Of a stretch of DNA of 29,605 nucleotides, positions 17,295 through 29,605 are shown one piece after another. The stretch spans positions 1-29,605 of the forward strand of contig JAQVDB010000029.1 in the NCBI GenBank assembly GCA_028698525.1, given 5' to 3'. Below the pieces are notes generated by a model, which had not been told where the DNA came from, searched no databases, and was given only the letters and a program-made list of their open reading frames with translations. A program made the position numbers and the translations under genes. Position 1 is the first letter of the stretch; every line of letters starts with the position of its first letter. This DNA is from Clostridia bacterium (lineage in GTDB: Bacteria > Bacillota > Clostridia > JAQVDB01).

Positions 17295-18434
17295 TTGAAA
17301 TTTTATTGTAACAAATCAAATTTATTAAATGGACTTCAAATTGTTCAAAAAGCTGTCTCATCTAGAACGACTTTGCCCATATTAAATTGTATATTAGTTG
17401 AATCTGTAAATGGAATGTTGAGATTAATTGGGAATAATCTTGAATTAGGGATAGAGACGTTTATAAAATCAGATATACAGGAAGATGGAAGTATAGCAGT
17501 ACCATCGGGTTTATTTTTTGAAATAATAAGAAAACTACCAGAAGAAGACATACAAATAGAAGTGGATTCCAACAGGAATATGTATATAAAAAGTGGAAGG
17601 GCGAATTTTACACTCAAATGTGAAGATGCTGAAGAATTTCCTGCTTTACCAGCAATAGAAGAAGTTGATCCTATAGAAGTTTCACAGGATTTGCTTAAGA
17701 ACATGATAAAAAACACGGTTTTTTCTATAGCCCAAGAACAGACTAGACCAATACTTACAGGCGGATTGATAGAAATCGATGACGAAAATATAATTATAGT
17801 TACATTAGATGGATATAGACTGTCCTTGAGAAAGGGTAAGATTTCAAGAGGACACAAACCTGTTAATGTTGTAGTACCAGGCAATACATTAAATGAAATA
17901 AGCAAAATAATTTCAGATGAACAAGAAAACATGAGCATAATATTTAAAGAAAACCAAGTGCTATTTGATCTAGGATATACAAGGATAACTTCAAGGCTAT
18001 TGGAAGGTGAATTTATAAATTATAGATCTATAATAGATCCTACAGGAGATCTAAACAATGAAGTTCAAGAGGGTAAGACCAGAGTAAGAATAAAAACCAA
18101 GGATTTTTTGGATAGTATTGAAAGGGCATCCTTGATGTCTAAAAATAGTAAAAATGAAAATAAAAACAATCTGATAAAATTAAATATAATAGATGATAAA
18201 ATAGCTATAACCTCAGATTCTGAAATAGGTATGTGCTATGAAGAAGTAAATGCACATATAGAAGGCAGTGATCTAGAAATAGCATTTAACGGTAGATATA
18301 TAATAGATTCTCTGAGGGCGATAGATGATGACGAAATAATGATAAATTATACCACAAATGTCAGTCCCTGTATTGTAACTCCAGTTGATGGTGATAATTT
18401 TATCTATCTAATACTCCCTGTGAGGATAAGGTGA
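17295..18434 (+). CDS. dnaN: DNA polymerase III beta sliding clamp; TTG start
   Basis: 379 aa downstream of dnaA. AGGAGG lies at 17281-17286. The N-terminus is beta-clamp-like (LLNGLQIVQKAVSSRTTLPIL). Confidence 0.95.
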   Translation: MKFYCNKSNLLNGLQIVQKAVSSRTTLPILNCILVESVNGMLRLIGNNLELGIETFIKSDIQEDGSIAVPSGLFFEIIRKLPEEDIQIEVDSNRNMYIKSGRANFTLKCEDAEEFPALPAIEEVDPIEVSQDLLKNMIKNTVFSIAQEQTRPILTGGLIEIDDENIIIVTLDGYRLSLRKGKISRGHKPVNVVVPGNTLNEISKIISDEQENMSIIFKENQVLFDLGYTRITSRLLEGEFINYRSIIDPTGDLNNEVQEGKTRVRIKTKDFLDSIERASLMSKNSKNENKNNLIKLNIIDDKIAITSDSEIGMCYEEVNAHIEGSDLEIAFNGRYIIDSLRAIDDDEIMINYTTNVSPCIVTPVDGDNFIYLILPVRIR

Positions 18435-18655
18435 TGTATATGGATGTACTTAAAGTTAAATTGGATACTTCAAGTATCAAATTAGATCAGTTGCTTAAAT
18501 GGTCACAAATAGCTGAAACAGGGGGTCATGCAAAGAATATTATAAAGTCGGGTGTTATAAAAGTTAATGGATCCACTGTAAATCAAAGAGGAAAAACAAT
18601 TTATAAAGGCGATGTAATTGAAATAAATGAGCAAATAAAACTTATAGTAGAATGA
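18431..18655 (+). CDS. yaaA: S4-domain RNA-binding protein YaaA; the start may be ATG 18440
   Basis: LDQLLKWSQIAETGGHAKNIIKSGVIKVNGSTVNQRGKTIYKGDVIEI is S4-like. It occupies the conserved dnaN-yaaA-recF position. Confidence 0.85.
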   Translation: MMYMDVLKVKLDTSSIKLDQLLKWSQIAETGGHAKNIIKSGVIKVNGSTVNQRGKTIYKGDVIEINEQIKLIVE

Positions 18656-18670
18656 CTTGAGGTGTTAGTT

Positions 18671-19786
18671 TTGTATGTAAAGGCTGTTAAGTTGATAAAT
18701 TTTAGAAACTATGAAAATATTGATATAAAATTCGATAATCAGCTGAATTTTTTGGTAGGGGATAATGCACAAGGAAAAACAAATATATTGGAAGCAATAT
18801 ATTTATGTAGTACTGGAAAATCATACAGAACAGCCAATGATAAGGAATTGATAAAATGGCACAAGAATACTTGCTTTATAGGTGTAAATATATTAAAGAA
18901 CCAAGGGGAATCTTCTATCAAGATAGCTATAAATAATAAAAAAGGCAAAAAGATAAAGGTAAACGATTTTTTAATAGAAAGACATTCAGATCTTTTTGGA
19001 AATTTAAATGTAGTTATGTTTTCACCTGAAGACTTAAAGTTAATAAAAGAAGGACCTTCAGAGAGAAGAAGATTTATTGACGATGAATTATTTCAGCTAA
19101 AGCCTAGATATTATCAGTTGATGCTTGAGTACAAGAGAGCGCTTTACCAGAGGAATACTTTACTTAAAGACATTAAGTTAAACAAGAGACTTCTACACAC
19201 ACTTCCTGTGTGGAATGAAAAGATTATTGAACTCGGTTCTCAAATAATGTTTGAAAGAAGACTTTTTATAAAAAAGCTTTCTTTCAAGTCAAGATTGATC
19301 CATAGAAAGATAACAGATGGACAAGAAGAACTGAAAATTTTATATAGACCTGATGTAAAATTCAATGAAGGAGAAAGTTTGCAAATAATAAAGAGAAGGT
19401 TCGAGGAAAAAATTCAAGATAATTTGCAAAAAGATATAAATTTTCAAACTACTACAGCAGGTCCACACAGGGATGATATGCAGTTTTTTGTAAATGATAT
19501 TGATATGAGAAAATTCGGTTCCCAGGGTCAACAAAGAACTGTAGCGCTTGCTTTAAAGGTATCTGAATTAGAACTTATAAGGTCAGAAATCGGTGAATAT
19601 CCTATATTGCTGCTTGATGATGTTATGTCTGAATTGGATTACAAAAGACAGAAATTTTTAATGAACACCCTAAAAAATGTGCAGACAATAATAACAAGTA
19701 CCGATAAAACTATCGGTGAGTCTTTTTATGGAGATAGACCAAAGATTTTTACTGTGATAAATGGAAGTATAAAACACAAAAAATAA
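18671..19786 (+). CDS. recF: DNA replication and repair protein RecF; TTG 18671 preferred over the track start at 18662
   Basis: GAGGTG lies 6 nt before TTG 18671, giving MYVKAVKLINFRNYE. Walker A GDNAQGKTNILEA and signature SQGQQRT are present. Confidence 0.93.
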   Translation: MYVKAVKLINFRNYENIDIKFDNQLNFLVGDNAQGKTNILEAIYLCSTGKSYRTANDKELIKWHKNTCFIGVNILKNQGESSIKIAINNKKGKKIKVNDFLIERHSDLFGNLNVVMFSPEDLKLIKEGPSERRRFIDDELFQLKPRYYQLMLEYKRALYQRNTLLKDIKLNKRLLHTLPVWNEKIIELGSQIMFERRLFIKKLSFKSRLIHRKITDGQEELKILYRPDVKFNEGESLQIIKRRFEEKIQDNLQKDINFQTTTAGPHRDDMQFFVNDIDMRKFGSQGQQRTVALALKVSELELIRSEIGEYPILLLDDVMSELDYKRQKFLMNTLKNVQTIITSTDKTIGESFYGDRPKIFTVINGSIKHKK

Positions 19787-19866
19787 TCTGCTGTGCTTTT
19801 ACTAATGCTTAAATAAGTATATAATAATAAAGGTTGAGTAATTTATTTAAAAATGGAGGTGTTTTT

Positions 19867-22072
<2,206 letters not shown>

Positions 22073-22090
22073 AGCAAGGGGGAACACAAG

Positions 22091-24526
22091 TTGGAACGAG
22101 TAAATGAACAAAAGATCATACCAATAGATATAGAAGATGAAATGAAAAAATCATATATAGATTATGCCATGAGCGTAATAGTAGGTAGAGCACTTCCTGA
22201 TGTCAGGGATGGGTTGAAACCTGTTCATAGGCGTATTTTGTATGCTATGAGTGAATTAGGTTTAGCGCCTAATAAACCTTTTAGAAAATCTGCCAGAATA
22301 GTGGGTGACGTGTTAGGTAAATATCATCCCCATGGTGATACAGCTGTTTATGACAGTATGGTAAGAATGGCTCAAGATTTTTCTACCAGATATCTTTTAG
22401 TGGAAGGTCATGGAAACTTTGGATCCGTAGATGGAGATAGTGCTGCTGCTATGCGTTATACAGAAGCTCGTATGGCAAAATTGTCTGTAGAACTTCTGAA
22501 GGATATAAATAAAGAAACTGTGGATTTTATACCGAATTTTGATGGTACCTTACAGGAGCCTGCTGTGTTACCCTCTAGATTTCCTAATTTACTGGTTAAT
22601 GGTTCATCGGGTATAGCTGTAGGGATGGCTACCAATATACCTCCTCATAATTTAGGGGAAGTGATTGATGGAGTAATAAAAGTTATAGAAAACCCAGATA
22701 TACGTTTAGAAGAGCTTATGAAAAAAATAAAAGGTCCGGACTTTCCAACAGGAGGATTGATACTAGGTACCGGTGGTATCAAAGATGCATACAGCACGGG
22801 TAGAGGTAAGATTAAATTAAGGGCGCAGGCAAAGATAGAACAATTGTCAAGTAATAGATCTAGAATAGTTATCACGGAAATTCCATATCAAGTAAACAAG
22901 GCCAAACTGATAGAGAAAATTGCTGAATTGGTAAAGGAAAAAAGAGTAGAGAACATATCCGATATAAGAGACGAATCGGACAGAAAAGGTATGAGGATAG
23001 TAATAGAACTCAAGAGAGATGGCAATCCCAATATAGTGTTGAATTACTTATATAAACATACACAGATGCAAGTGACTTTTGGAGTCATAATGCTTGCATT
23101 AGTTGATGGAGAACCTAGAGTATGCAATTTAAAGCAGTTAATTTATCATTATATTGACCATCAAAAAGAAGTTATCACTAGAAGAACCAGGTATGATTTA
23201 AATAAGGCTGAAGCAAGGGCCCATATATTAGAAGGTTTAAAAGTAGCCTTGGATAATCTTGACCAAGTTATAAAATTGATCAGATCTTCTAAAACAGTGG
23301 AAATTGCAAGGAATGGATTGATGGCTGACTTTGGTTTGACCCAAACCCAGGCTCAGGCTATATTGGATATGCGCCTTCAGAGATTGACAGGTCTCGAGAG
23401 GGAAAAGATAGAACAGGAATATAGTGAATTGCTCAAAACAATCGATTATTTAAAGAAAATATTGTCTGACGAGGATATGTTATATGGTATTATAAAAGAA
23501 GAATTGATGGAGATAAAAGATAAATATTCAGATGACAGAAGAACGGCAATAACCTTTGATTCAGATGAAATAGATGTAGAGGACCTGATAGAAGATGAAG
23601 ATGTTGTTATAACATTAACCCATTTTGGATACATCAAGAGAGTTTTAGCCGATGTGTATAAAAATCAAAGAAGAGGTGGAAAGGGAATAATTGGGTTGAA
23701 TACCAGGGAAGATGATTTTGTGGAAAGTATATTCACAACGTCCACCCATCACAATATATTATTTTTCACCAATAAAGGTAAAATGTATAGATTAAAAGCA
23801 TATGAAATTCCTGAGGCAGGAAGAACTGCTCGGGGTACTGCTATTATAAATCTGATTCAGTTGGAAAAAGGAGAAAACATAACAGCAGTCATTCCAATCA
23901 AAGACTTTACAGAGGGATATAATCTGGTTATGGCAACAAGATATGGTCAGATTAAAAAGACCAGTTTGATTGAATACGATACCAATAGAAAAAGTGGACT
24001 TGCTGCAATAAACCTGAAAGATGATGATGAGCTTATCGGGGTAAGGCTTACAGATGGTGAACAAGAAATTGTAATAGGTACCCGGGAAGGTTTTGCTATA
24101 AGATTTAAGGAAGAAGAAGTAAGAAATACCGGAAGGGCATCTCAAGGAGTAAAAGCGATAGATTTGCGTAAAGATGATTATGTTATTGGCATGGATCTTA
24201 TAAGTGAAGGATCCACCATCCTCACTGTCAGTGAAAATGGATTTGGTAAAAAAACCTCTATTGAAGAATACAGGTTACAATTGCGAGGTGGCAAAGGCAT
24301 AATAAACTATAATGTTACTCGAAAAACTGGTAAACCCATAGCTATTAAAGTGATTTCAGAGCAACATGAAATAATGATGATAAGTTCGGATGGTACTATA
24401 ATAAGGATGAGGGCATCAGAAATCAGCAAATTCGGTAGAAATACACAAGGGGTAAAACTGATGAAGTTGGATGATGATAATAAAGTAGTATGTGCAACCA
24501 AGGTGCTCGAAAATGAAGAAAACTGA
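22091..24526 (+). CDS. gyrA: DNA gyrase subunit A; TTG start
   Basis: QRDR region [20 protein letters not shown], the active-site AAMRYTE motif and C-terminal beta-pinwheel repeats. Confidence 0.98.
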   Translation: MERVNEQKIIPIDIEDEMKKSYIDYAMSVIVGRALPDVRDGLKPVHRRILYAMSELGLAPNKPFRKSARIVGDVLGKYHPHGDTAVYDSMVRMAQDFSTRYLLVEGHGNFGSVDGDSAAAMRYTEARMAKLSVELLKDINKETVDFIPNFDGTLQEPAVLPSRFPNLLVNGSSGIAVGMATNIPPHNLGEVIDGVIKVIENPDIRLEELMKKIKGPDFPTGGLILGTGGIKDAYSTGRGKIKLRAQAKIEQLSSNRSRIVITEIPYQVNKAKLIEKIAELVKEKRVENISDIRDESDRKGMRIVIELKRDGNPNIVLNYLYKHTQMQVTFGVIMLALVDGEPRVCNLKQLIYHYIDHQKEVITRRTRYDLNKAEARAHILEGLKVALDNLDQVIKLIRSSKTVEIARNGLMADFGLTQTQAQAILDMRLQRLTGLEREKIEQEYSELLKTIDYLKKILSDEDMLYGIIKEELMEIKDKYSDDRRTAITFDSDEIDVEDLIEDEDVVITLTHFGYIKRVLADVYKNQRRGGKGIIGLNTREDDFVESIFTTSTHHNILFFTNKGKMYRLKAYEIPEAGRTARGTAIINLIQLEKGENITAVIPIKDFTEGYNLVMATRYGQIKKTSLIEYDTNRKSGLAAINLKDDDELIGVRLTDGEQEIVIGTREGFAIRFKEEEVRNTGRASQGVKAIDLRKDDYVIGMDLISEGSTILTVSENGFGKKTSIEEYRLQLRGGKGIINYNVTRKTGKPIAIKVISEQHEIMMISSDGTIIRMRASEISKFGRNTQGVKLMKLDDDNKVVCATKVLENEEN

Positions 24527-24557
24527 ATTTGCGGATCAAAGTTTGAATATATAGTTT

Positions 24558-24584
24558 AAAACTCGGGCATTATGCCCGAGTTTT
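24558..24584 (+). terminator. Intrinsic terminator of the gyrBA operon
   Basis: AAAACTCGGGCAT TATGCCCGAGTTTT is a perfect stem followed by a T-run. Confidence 0.85.
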
Positions 24585-24659
24585 ATATAGGTTTTAAAAG
24601 CATGTTTAATACTGCACAATTTATGGATAATATACTTTTATAACTCGGGGGAATAAAAT

Positions 24660-25502
24660 ATGGATGAGAAGATCATGTTGATTTCTTCTTGTTTAAAGAC
24701 GAGGATAGACATATTGAGATTTCTTATGAAAAACGACTATAATGTGGCTGAAGTAGCAAACTTAAAGGATATAAGTGACAAAATATTGATATACAGGAAT
24801 ATAGATTTGATCATTATAGATTTGTTTGAGAGGAAATTTGGACTAGAAGAGATATTGAGTGCATTAAATGATAACGTCGATATAAATGCTATACCAATAA
24901 TTGTTATACAAGGTGATGAAAAAATTACCATAAAAAACTATATAATAAACGGTACGGTTTACCGTCCCTTAAATTACGATGTTTTGCTGGAAAAAATAAA
25001 CGGTTTATTGAATTTAAAACATCAGAACGATAGAAATAATTCTATAATAGAGCATACATTAAGACAATATTTAAACAAAGAAATAAAAAATGGTATTAGA
25101 GGTAATTTTCCTGTTACCTTTTTGTTAGTAGAGTTTGAGACATTGGATGGGGATAATGATAATGATGAGTATATAGATGATTGTTTAAAGGTACTGAGAA
25201 AAAACTTCAGAGAAACTGATACTGTTATAAAATATGATTCAAAAACCATTCTGATGATATTTCCATTTACTAAAAAGGATCGTTTGCCTATAGTTGAAAA
25301 AAAAGTAAAAAGAATGATCAATGATATTCAAATTACAGAAATATCTGAAGCATGTTATATCTATGGTGCTACATTCCCAGATGATGGAGAAGATATAGAT
25401 GAATTATTTGATTATATGAAAAAAGGCCTTGATAAAGTAAAGCTAGTCAATGAATTGGCTATTCATAAAAAGAAGAGTGCTATTTTAAAATTATTTAAAT
25501 GA
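24660..25502 (+). CDS. Pseudo-receiver domain fused to a degenerate GGDEF domain that retains an RxxD I-site
   Basis: The N-terminal CheY-like fold lacks the acidic pair (LISSC instead of DD) and has RP in place of KP. The C-terminus shows FLLVEFETLDG and LRKNFRETDTVIKYDSKTILMIFPFT, so DSKTI replaces GGDEF while RETD sits 5 residues upstream. Confidence 0.55.
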   Translation: MDEKIMLISSCLKTRIDILRFLMKNDYNVAEVANLKDISDKILIYRNIDLIIIDLFERKFGLEEILSALNDNVDINAIPIIVIQGDEKITIKNYIINGTVYRPLNYDVLLEKINGLLNLKHQNDRNNSIIEHTLRQYLNKEIKNGIRGNFPVTFLLVEFETLDGDNDNDEYIDDCLKVLRKNFRETDTVIKYDSKTILMIFPFTKKDRLPIVEKKVKRMINDIQITEISEACYIYGATFPDDGEDIDELFDYMKKGLDKVKLVNELAIHKKKSAILKLFK

Positions 25503-25663
25503 GATTTATCATTGCAACTCATTTCTACTTTTTTTTATATTTGAAAAAGATGACAATATTTATCCTGAAAAAGTTTGATAAAAAACTTGTAAAATAAAAT
25601 AGAAATGATAGAATTGTAATAAGTTAATTCAAGCATTTAAATAAGTGAGGATTCTCTGATACT

Positions 25664-26878
25664 ATGAAAATAATGAATGTAAACAATGAAAAAATGAAAC
25701 AGATAAACCTTTCAACTGTTTTTAATGCAGTTCGCCAAAATGAGCCTATAAGTAGAAAAAATCTTGCACAAATGACTGGGCTCACATCTTCCTCTATAAC
25801 GAATATAGTCAACGAATTATTAGAAAGGGAATATTTAAAAGAAACCGGATTAGGTGAGTCATCGGGTGGGAGAAAGCCGATTATGCTTCAACTAAACCAA
25901 AATGCCGGATATGTTATTGGGTTGGAATTGACCACAAATTATATAGCCGGAATAGTAACAAACTTAAAGGCAAAAAAGATATATAAGTTAACAGTAAATA
26001 TAGATAGATTATCGGAGGAGAAAATAATAATAGATCAAATGATCGGACTTATAGATAAGCTTATCTATAAAACTGAAATACCTAAAGATAAGATAATAGG
26101 TATAGGCATTGCAGCCCCCGGTCCGTATAATCACAAAAAAGGTATATTGATAAATCCTCCTAACTTCCCGGGATTGGTGAATGTTCCTTTAAGGGATATA
26201 GTCCATGAGCATTTTAAGGTTCCTGTATTTTTAGAAAAAGAGACTGTAGCAGCTGCATTAGGTGAATATTGGTTTGGGGGAGCCCAAGATATCAATAATT
26301 TATTTGTAATAAATTCTATGAAGATAGGAATAGGTGGAGGAGCTTTAATAGATGGAAAGATATATCATGGATTTAGAGATGGTGCAGGCGAGATAGGACA
26401 TATGATGATAGATATAGACGGACCAAAATGTACCTGTGGTAATTATGGCTGTTTAGAGGCCATGGCATCAGGATTGTATATGAAAAATTCAGCAATATAC
26501 GAAATAAAAGGAGGTACTGACACTATTTTAACTGAAATAGTGCAGGATATAGAAAAATTGACTGTAGATCAGATTATAGCAGCGTCAAATAAGGGGGATA
26601 AACTCAGCAAACAAATAGTCCATAAAACAGCTAGAAATTTAGGATTGGGAATATATAATATAATAAATTTATACAGCCCTGAAATGATAGTAATAGGTGG
26701 GGATCTTGCATTGGAATGTCCGGAATATCTTGAAAAAGCAGTTTCTTTTGCAAGGAAAAAGATATACCTGCAACATAGCAAGGATATAAGAATAGTACCT
26801 ACTTCCTTTGGAAGTGACATGGGTGTTATAGGGGCTGTCAGTGTAGTTTTTCAAGATTTTTTCAAAAATATAAATTAA
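25664..26878 (+). CDS. ROK-family transcriptional regulator (wHTH plus sugar-kinase-like domain)
   Basis: N-terminal wHTH (ISRKNLAQMTGLTSSSITNIVNELLE) and the ROK zinc motif GHMMIDIDGPKCTCGNYGCLEAMAS. Confidence 0.85.
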   Translation: MKIMNVNNEKMKQINLSTVFNAVRQNEPISRKNLAQMTGLTSSSITNIVNELLEREYLKETGLGESSGGRKPIMLQLNQNAGYVIGLELTTNYIAGIVTNLKAKKIYKLTVNIDRLSEEKIIIDQMIGLIDKLIYKTEIPKDKIIGIGIAAPGPYNHKKGILINPPNFPGLVNVPLRDIVHEHFKVPVFLEKETVAAALGEYWFGGAQDINNLFVINSMKIGIGGGALIDGKIYHGFRDGAGEIGHMMIDIDGPKCTCGNYGCLEAMASGLYMKNSAIYEIKGGTDTILTEIVQDIEKLTVDQIIAASNKGDKLSKQIVHKTARNLGLGIYNIINLYSPEMIVIGGDLALECPEYLEKAVSFARKKIYLQHSKDIRIVPTSFGSDMGVIGAVSVVFQDFFKNIN

Positions 26879-26999
26879 TTTTAAAAAAAAGCAGGACTTC
26901 TATAAAGAATGTAGAATATATTATATAGCAGACTTAATTAAAGCAATGTATTAAGTGGGGGAGGGTAGAATTTATTTCCTTTTATAGGAGGAATTATTT

Positions 27000-27545
27000 A
27001 TGTTAACTAGAGATCAGTACCAAAAGATCAGACAAAAAACTATCGAATATTTTGATAAGGCAAATATAGTTATAACAGATGAGGAAAAAGATAAAATAGA
27101 GGTAGCAGACTTTGATTTAAATCGTCAGCATGAAATAGGCTTGCAGTTATTGGTCTATATTAATACCGATAGAGTATGTGCTAAAGAGATGGTTTTATTT
27201 CCCGGGCAAATATGCCCAGAGCACAAACACCCTACTGTAGATGGAGTGCCTGGCAAAGAAGAGACCTTTAGATGCAGATGGGGTAAGGTATATCTATATC
27301 TGCCGGGGGAAAAGATGGGTGACATAAAAGCAAAGATACCGGAAGGTTATAGTCAATATCTTACATGTTTTAAAGAAATCGAGCTTAATCCGGGAGAACA
27401 GTGTACAATTATGCCGGATACATTTCATTGGTTTCAAGCAGGGCCTGAAGGTGCAATTATATCAGAATTTTCTACAAAAAGCACAGATGAAACAGATGTG
27501 TTTACCGATAAAAGGATAGACAGAATACCCAAAATAGAAGAATGA
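27000..27545 (+). CDS. Cupin-fold D-lyxose/D-mannose ketol-isomerase-like protein
   Basis: 181 aa. PGQICPEHKHP....GKEETFRCRWGKVYLY...FHWFQAG resembles the metal-binding cupin pattern of the YdaE-type lyxose isomerase family. GGAGG SD is present. Confidence 0.5.
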   Translation: MLTRDQYQKIRQKTIEYFDKANIVITDEEKDKIEVADFDLNRQHEIGLQLLVYINTDRVCAKEMVLFPGQICPEHKHPTVDGVPGKEETFRCRWGKVYLYLPGEKMGDIKAKIPEGYSQYLTCFKEIELNPGEQCTIMPDTFHWFQAGPEGAIISEFSTKSTDETDVFTDKRIDRIPKIEE

Positions 27546-27560
27546 GTTTTCATTCTTCTA
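27535..27560. terminator. Bidirectional hairpin containing both convergent stop codons
   Basis: TAGAAGAATGA gttt TCATTCTTCTA is an 11-bp perfect stem. A U-tract (TTTTGGG) is present only for the minus-strand transcript. Confidence 0.55.
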
Positions 27561-28271
27561 TCTTACTGATTCTATATTTTTAATGAGTATTTCACTTTTA
27601 ATTTTGAGTATTTCGCTATTTTTTTTATTTACAGCCTGTTCAAAATCTTTAATAGATAGGCTTATTTTTTGTGCGGTCCCTTGGTTTTCTTTCTTTACTT
27701 TATTTTTAGACGAATTCCATAATTCATTTATTTGCGATAAATTACTGTTTGTTTGATCCCACCTATTATTTTCTCCTAATAATAATATCTTTTGGGCATG
27801 GTATTTTATCTTTTTAAGTTCAGGAGGGGCATTGTGCTTGTAAAGTTTTAAAAAATCAGGTACATATTGATATAACTCATTTGCAGATTCAAATGTTTTT
27901 TGTCTATTTTTTAAGGAAATCATATCAGTCATTTTATTTAACTGCTGTTCAAAATTAGTTATAGCTGCTTTTGATCCTTTGTTCTTAATTGCTTGTACTT
28001 CATATGAATTCCATTCCTCATGTATTTTTTTTGATGTTCTATCTACTTCTTCCCATTTTATCTTTTTATTTGATTTATTCTCAACTGTGGATTTACCTGT
28101 ATCTTTTATTATCTTTTCAATGTTTGACTCAATGTTATTCAATGACTTGGGAGGATAGTCTTTTTGTTGTTTTAAATTGCTTTCAGGTTTTCTGGGGGAT
28201 TTATTGCAGGAAACGAGAGGTACAAGGACTAATATTGTAATTAATGTATATATTACAGTTTTCTTTAGCAA
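27558..28271 (-). CDS. Lys/Asn/Glu-rich predicted lipoprotein of unknown function; TTG start
   Basis: Signal peptide with lipobox LVSC (ILVLVPLVSCNKSP). GAGGTG SD is present. The mature part appears helical and charged. Confidence 0.6.
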   Translation of the reverse strand: MLKKTVIYTLITILVLVPLVSCNKSPRKPESNLKQQKDYPPKSLNNIESNIEKIIKDTGKSTVENKSNKKIKWEEVDRTSKKIHEEWNSYEVQAIKNKGSKAAITNFEQQLNKMTDMISLKNRQKTFESANELYQYVPDFLKLYKHNAPPELKKIKYHAQKILLLGENNRWDQTNSNLSQINELWNSSKNKVKKENQGTAQKISLSIKDFEQAVNKKNSEILKIKSEILIKNIESVR

Positions 28272-28371
28272 AATTTTTTCACCTCTACAGAACTATTTAT
28301 TTGAATGTATATTATATTGAATTTGTATATACCCTTTATAAATATTATTCCCTTTTTAATAGGACAAATAT

Positions 28372-29202
28372 TCACCATTTATAGCATACACCGATGGCTT
28401 TTGGTCCTATATGAGATCCTATTACAGGTCCTAATTCATCTACAGTAATAAGTGCATTTTTGAACTTTTGTTTGATTATGTTTTTTAAAGCATTTGCATC
28501 TTCATAAGCCATCACATGATTTATGAAGATATATTGTACATTTTCAGGTATATCTGAAAGCATAGATTCTATCGCTTTATTTTTTCCTCTTACTTTTCTT
28601 ACCGCCTCCAGGCGTCCATCAATCAGTCCAATTATTGGCTTGATGTTCATGATAGATCCTAAAAAGGCTTGAATATTTGTTAGTCGGCCGCCTCTCCTGA
28701 GGTATTCAAGAGTATCCACTGTTAGACGTATTCCCATGTTTTGTTTCTGCCTGTTTATTTCCTTTACTATATCTTTTCTTGATTCTCCGTTGTGAGCCAT
28801 AGTATTTGCTGTATCTACCAATATTCTCAAATTTGATACGGTGGTTTGAGAATCAATTACCGATATCATTTCCGGTTTGGTTTGTTGTGCAGCTGTAAAA
28901 GCACTGGAATATGTCCCGCTCAGTTCAGAGGACAATACTATTACAATTATTTCTTTATCTTGTTTTAGTATCTCTTGAAATTTTGATTTAAATGAAGATA
29001 TTGATGGTTGAGATGTGGTAGGGAATTGTTTTGATTTAGCAAGTTTCTCAAAAAAGACTTGAAACTCCCCGGGGAATCCTTCTTCTACATTGTTTTCTTC
29101 AAATGTATATGATAGAGGAATAACCTCTATTCCTTTATTTAAAGCATCTTCTTTTGTAAAGTATGCAGTACTGTCGGTTATAATTTGTATTTTGTTTGAC
29201 AT
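28372..29202 (-). CDS. DegV-family fatty-acid-binding protein
   Basis: IQIITDSTAYF N-terminus, the TSQPS motif and the 276-aa length are typical of DegV. GGAGGA SD is present. Confidence 0.85.
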   Translation of the reverse strand: MSNKIQIITDSTAYFTKEDALNKGIEVIPLSYTFEENNVEEGFPGEFQVFFEKLAKSKQFPTTSQPSISSFKSKFQEILKQDKEIIVIVLSSELSGTYSSAFTAAQQTKPEMISVIDSQTTVSNLRILVDTANTMAHNGESRKDIVKEINRQKQNMGIRLTVDTLEYLRRGGRLTNIQAFLGSIMNIKPIIGLIDGRLEAVRKVRGKNKAIESMLSDIPENVQYIFINHVMAYEDANALKNIIKQKFKNALITVDELGPVIGSHIGPKAIGVCYKW

Positions 29203-29605
29203 AAAAATCCTCCTTCTATATCATTTGGATACATAATTAAATATTATGTTATAAATAATGATATACAAATGTAAATATAATAAACCGAATTCAAAATAAG
29301 TTTATTTATTTTTTGTGTAAAAAGATTTAAGCAGAGAATTTACATATAATAATACCAGATACTATTAGCAGGCGTCAATATAATGGTTGTTTTTTTATCA
29401 AGCAGCCTTGGTTATTGAATTTTCATTGTTAACGAGAATTAGTGCAAGGACTGTTCCGAGTTCAGACTTATTTATATTTCTAGATACATATATAAATAAA
29501 AACAAGAAAGCGTTATCGGATGGTATACCAAGCGAGATAGTTAAGGCTATTAATATATTTTATGGCTATAATAATGTAGTAACTTTAAGTATAGGCTATG
29601 TATAG

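Noticed and set aside
27197-27211. Noc-binding-site-like sequence ATTTCCCGGGCAAAT
   Set aside because: The left half matches the NBS consensus ATTTCCCGGGAAAT, but the right half carries a 1-nt insertion that breaks the palindrome. It lies inside a coding sequence, and other CCCGGG sites (24085, 26167) match even less well.
29387-29605. 72-aa ORF ending at the window edge
   Set aside because: It has a TTG start without an SD, no recognisable motif and an AT-rich low-information sequence. The evidence is insufficient to call a gene.

Overview
AT-rich Firmicutes (Clostridia-like) chromosomal replication-origin region. The conserved core is rpmH-rnpA-yidD-yidC-jag-mnmE-mnmG-rsmG-noc-(insert)-soj-spo0J on the minus strand, left of oriC. 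On the plus strand, right of oriC, it is dnaA-dnaN-yaaA-recF-remB-gyrB-gyrA. oriC is bipartite: one DnaA-box cluster lies upstream of dnaA. A second set of boxes, followed by a GC clamp, a DnaA-trio-like run and an AT-rich unwinding element, lies between dnaA and dnaN. Flanking accessory genes on the left are DUF4446, YkuS-like, YyaC, a YkvI-like permease, an anchored hypothetical protein and CvpA. On the right they are a pseudo-receiver/degenerate-GGDEF protein, a ROK regulator, a D-lyxose-isomerase-like cupin, a lipoprotein and DegV. No tRNA, rRNA, CRISPR array, intact IS or recognisable defence system is visible. The most unusual stretch is the ~550-nt spacer between cvpA and spo0J (4843-5390). 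It has no credible ORF, is GC-enriched and folds into several long hairpins. It contains a 136-nt foldback whose arm recurs a third time upstream of soj, so the copies bracket soj-spo0J, and it ends in a perfect parS palindrome that doubles as a bidirectional terminator. I cannot tell from sequence alone whether this is a large structured ncRNA or MITE/IS debris. All calls come from reading the sequence and ORF translations; no database search was run.
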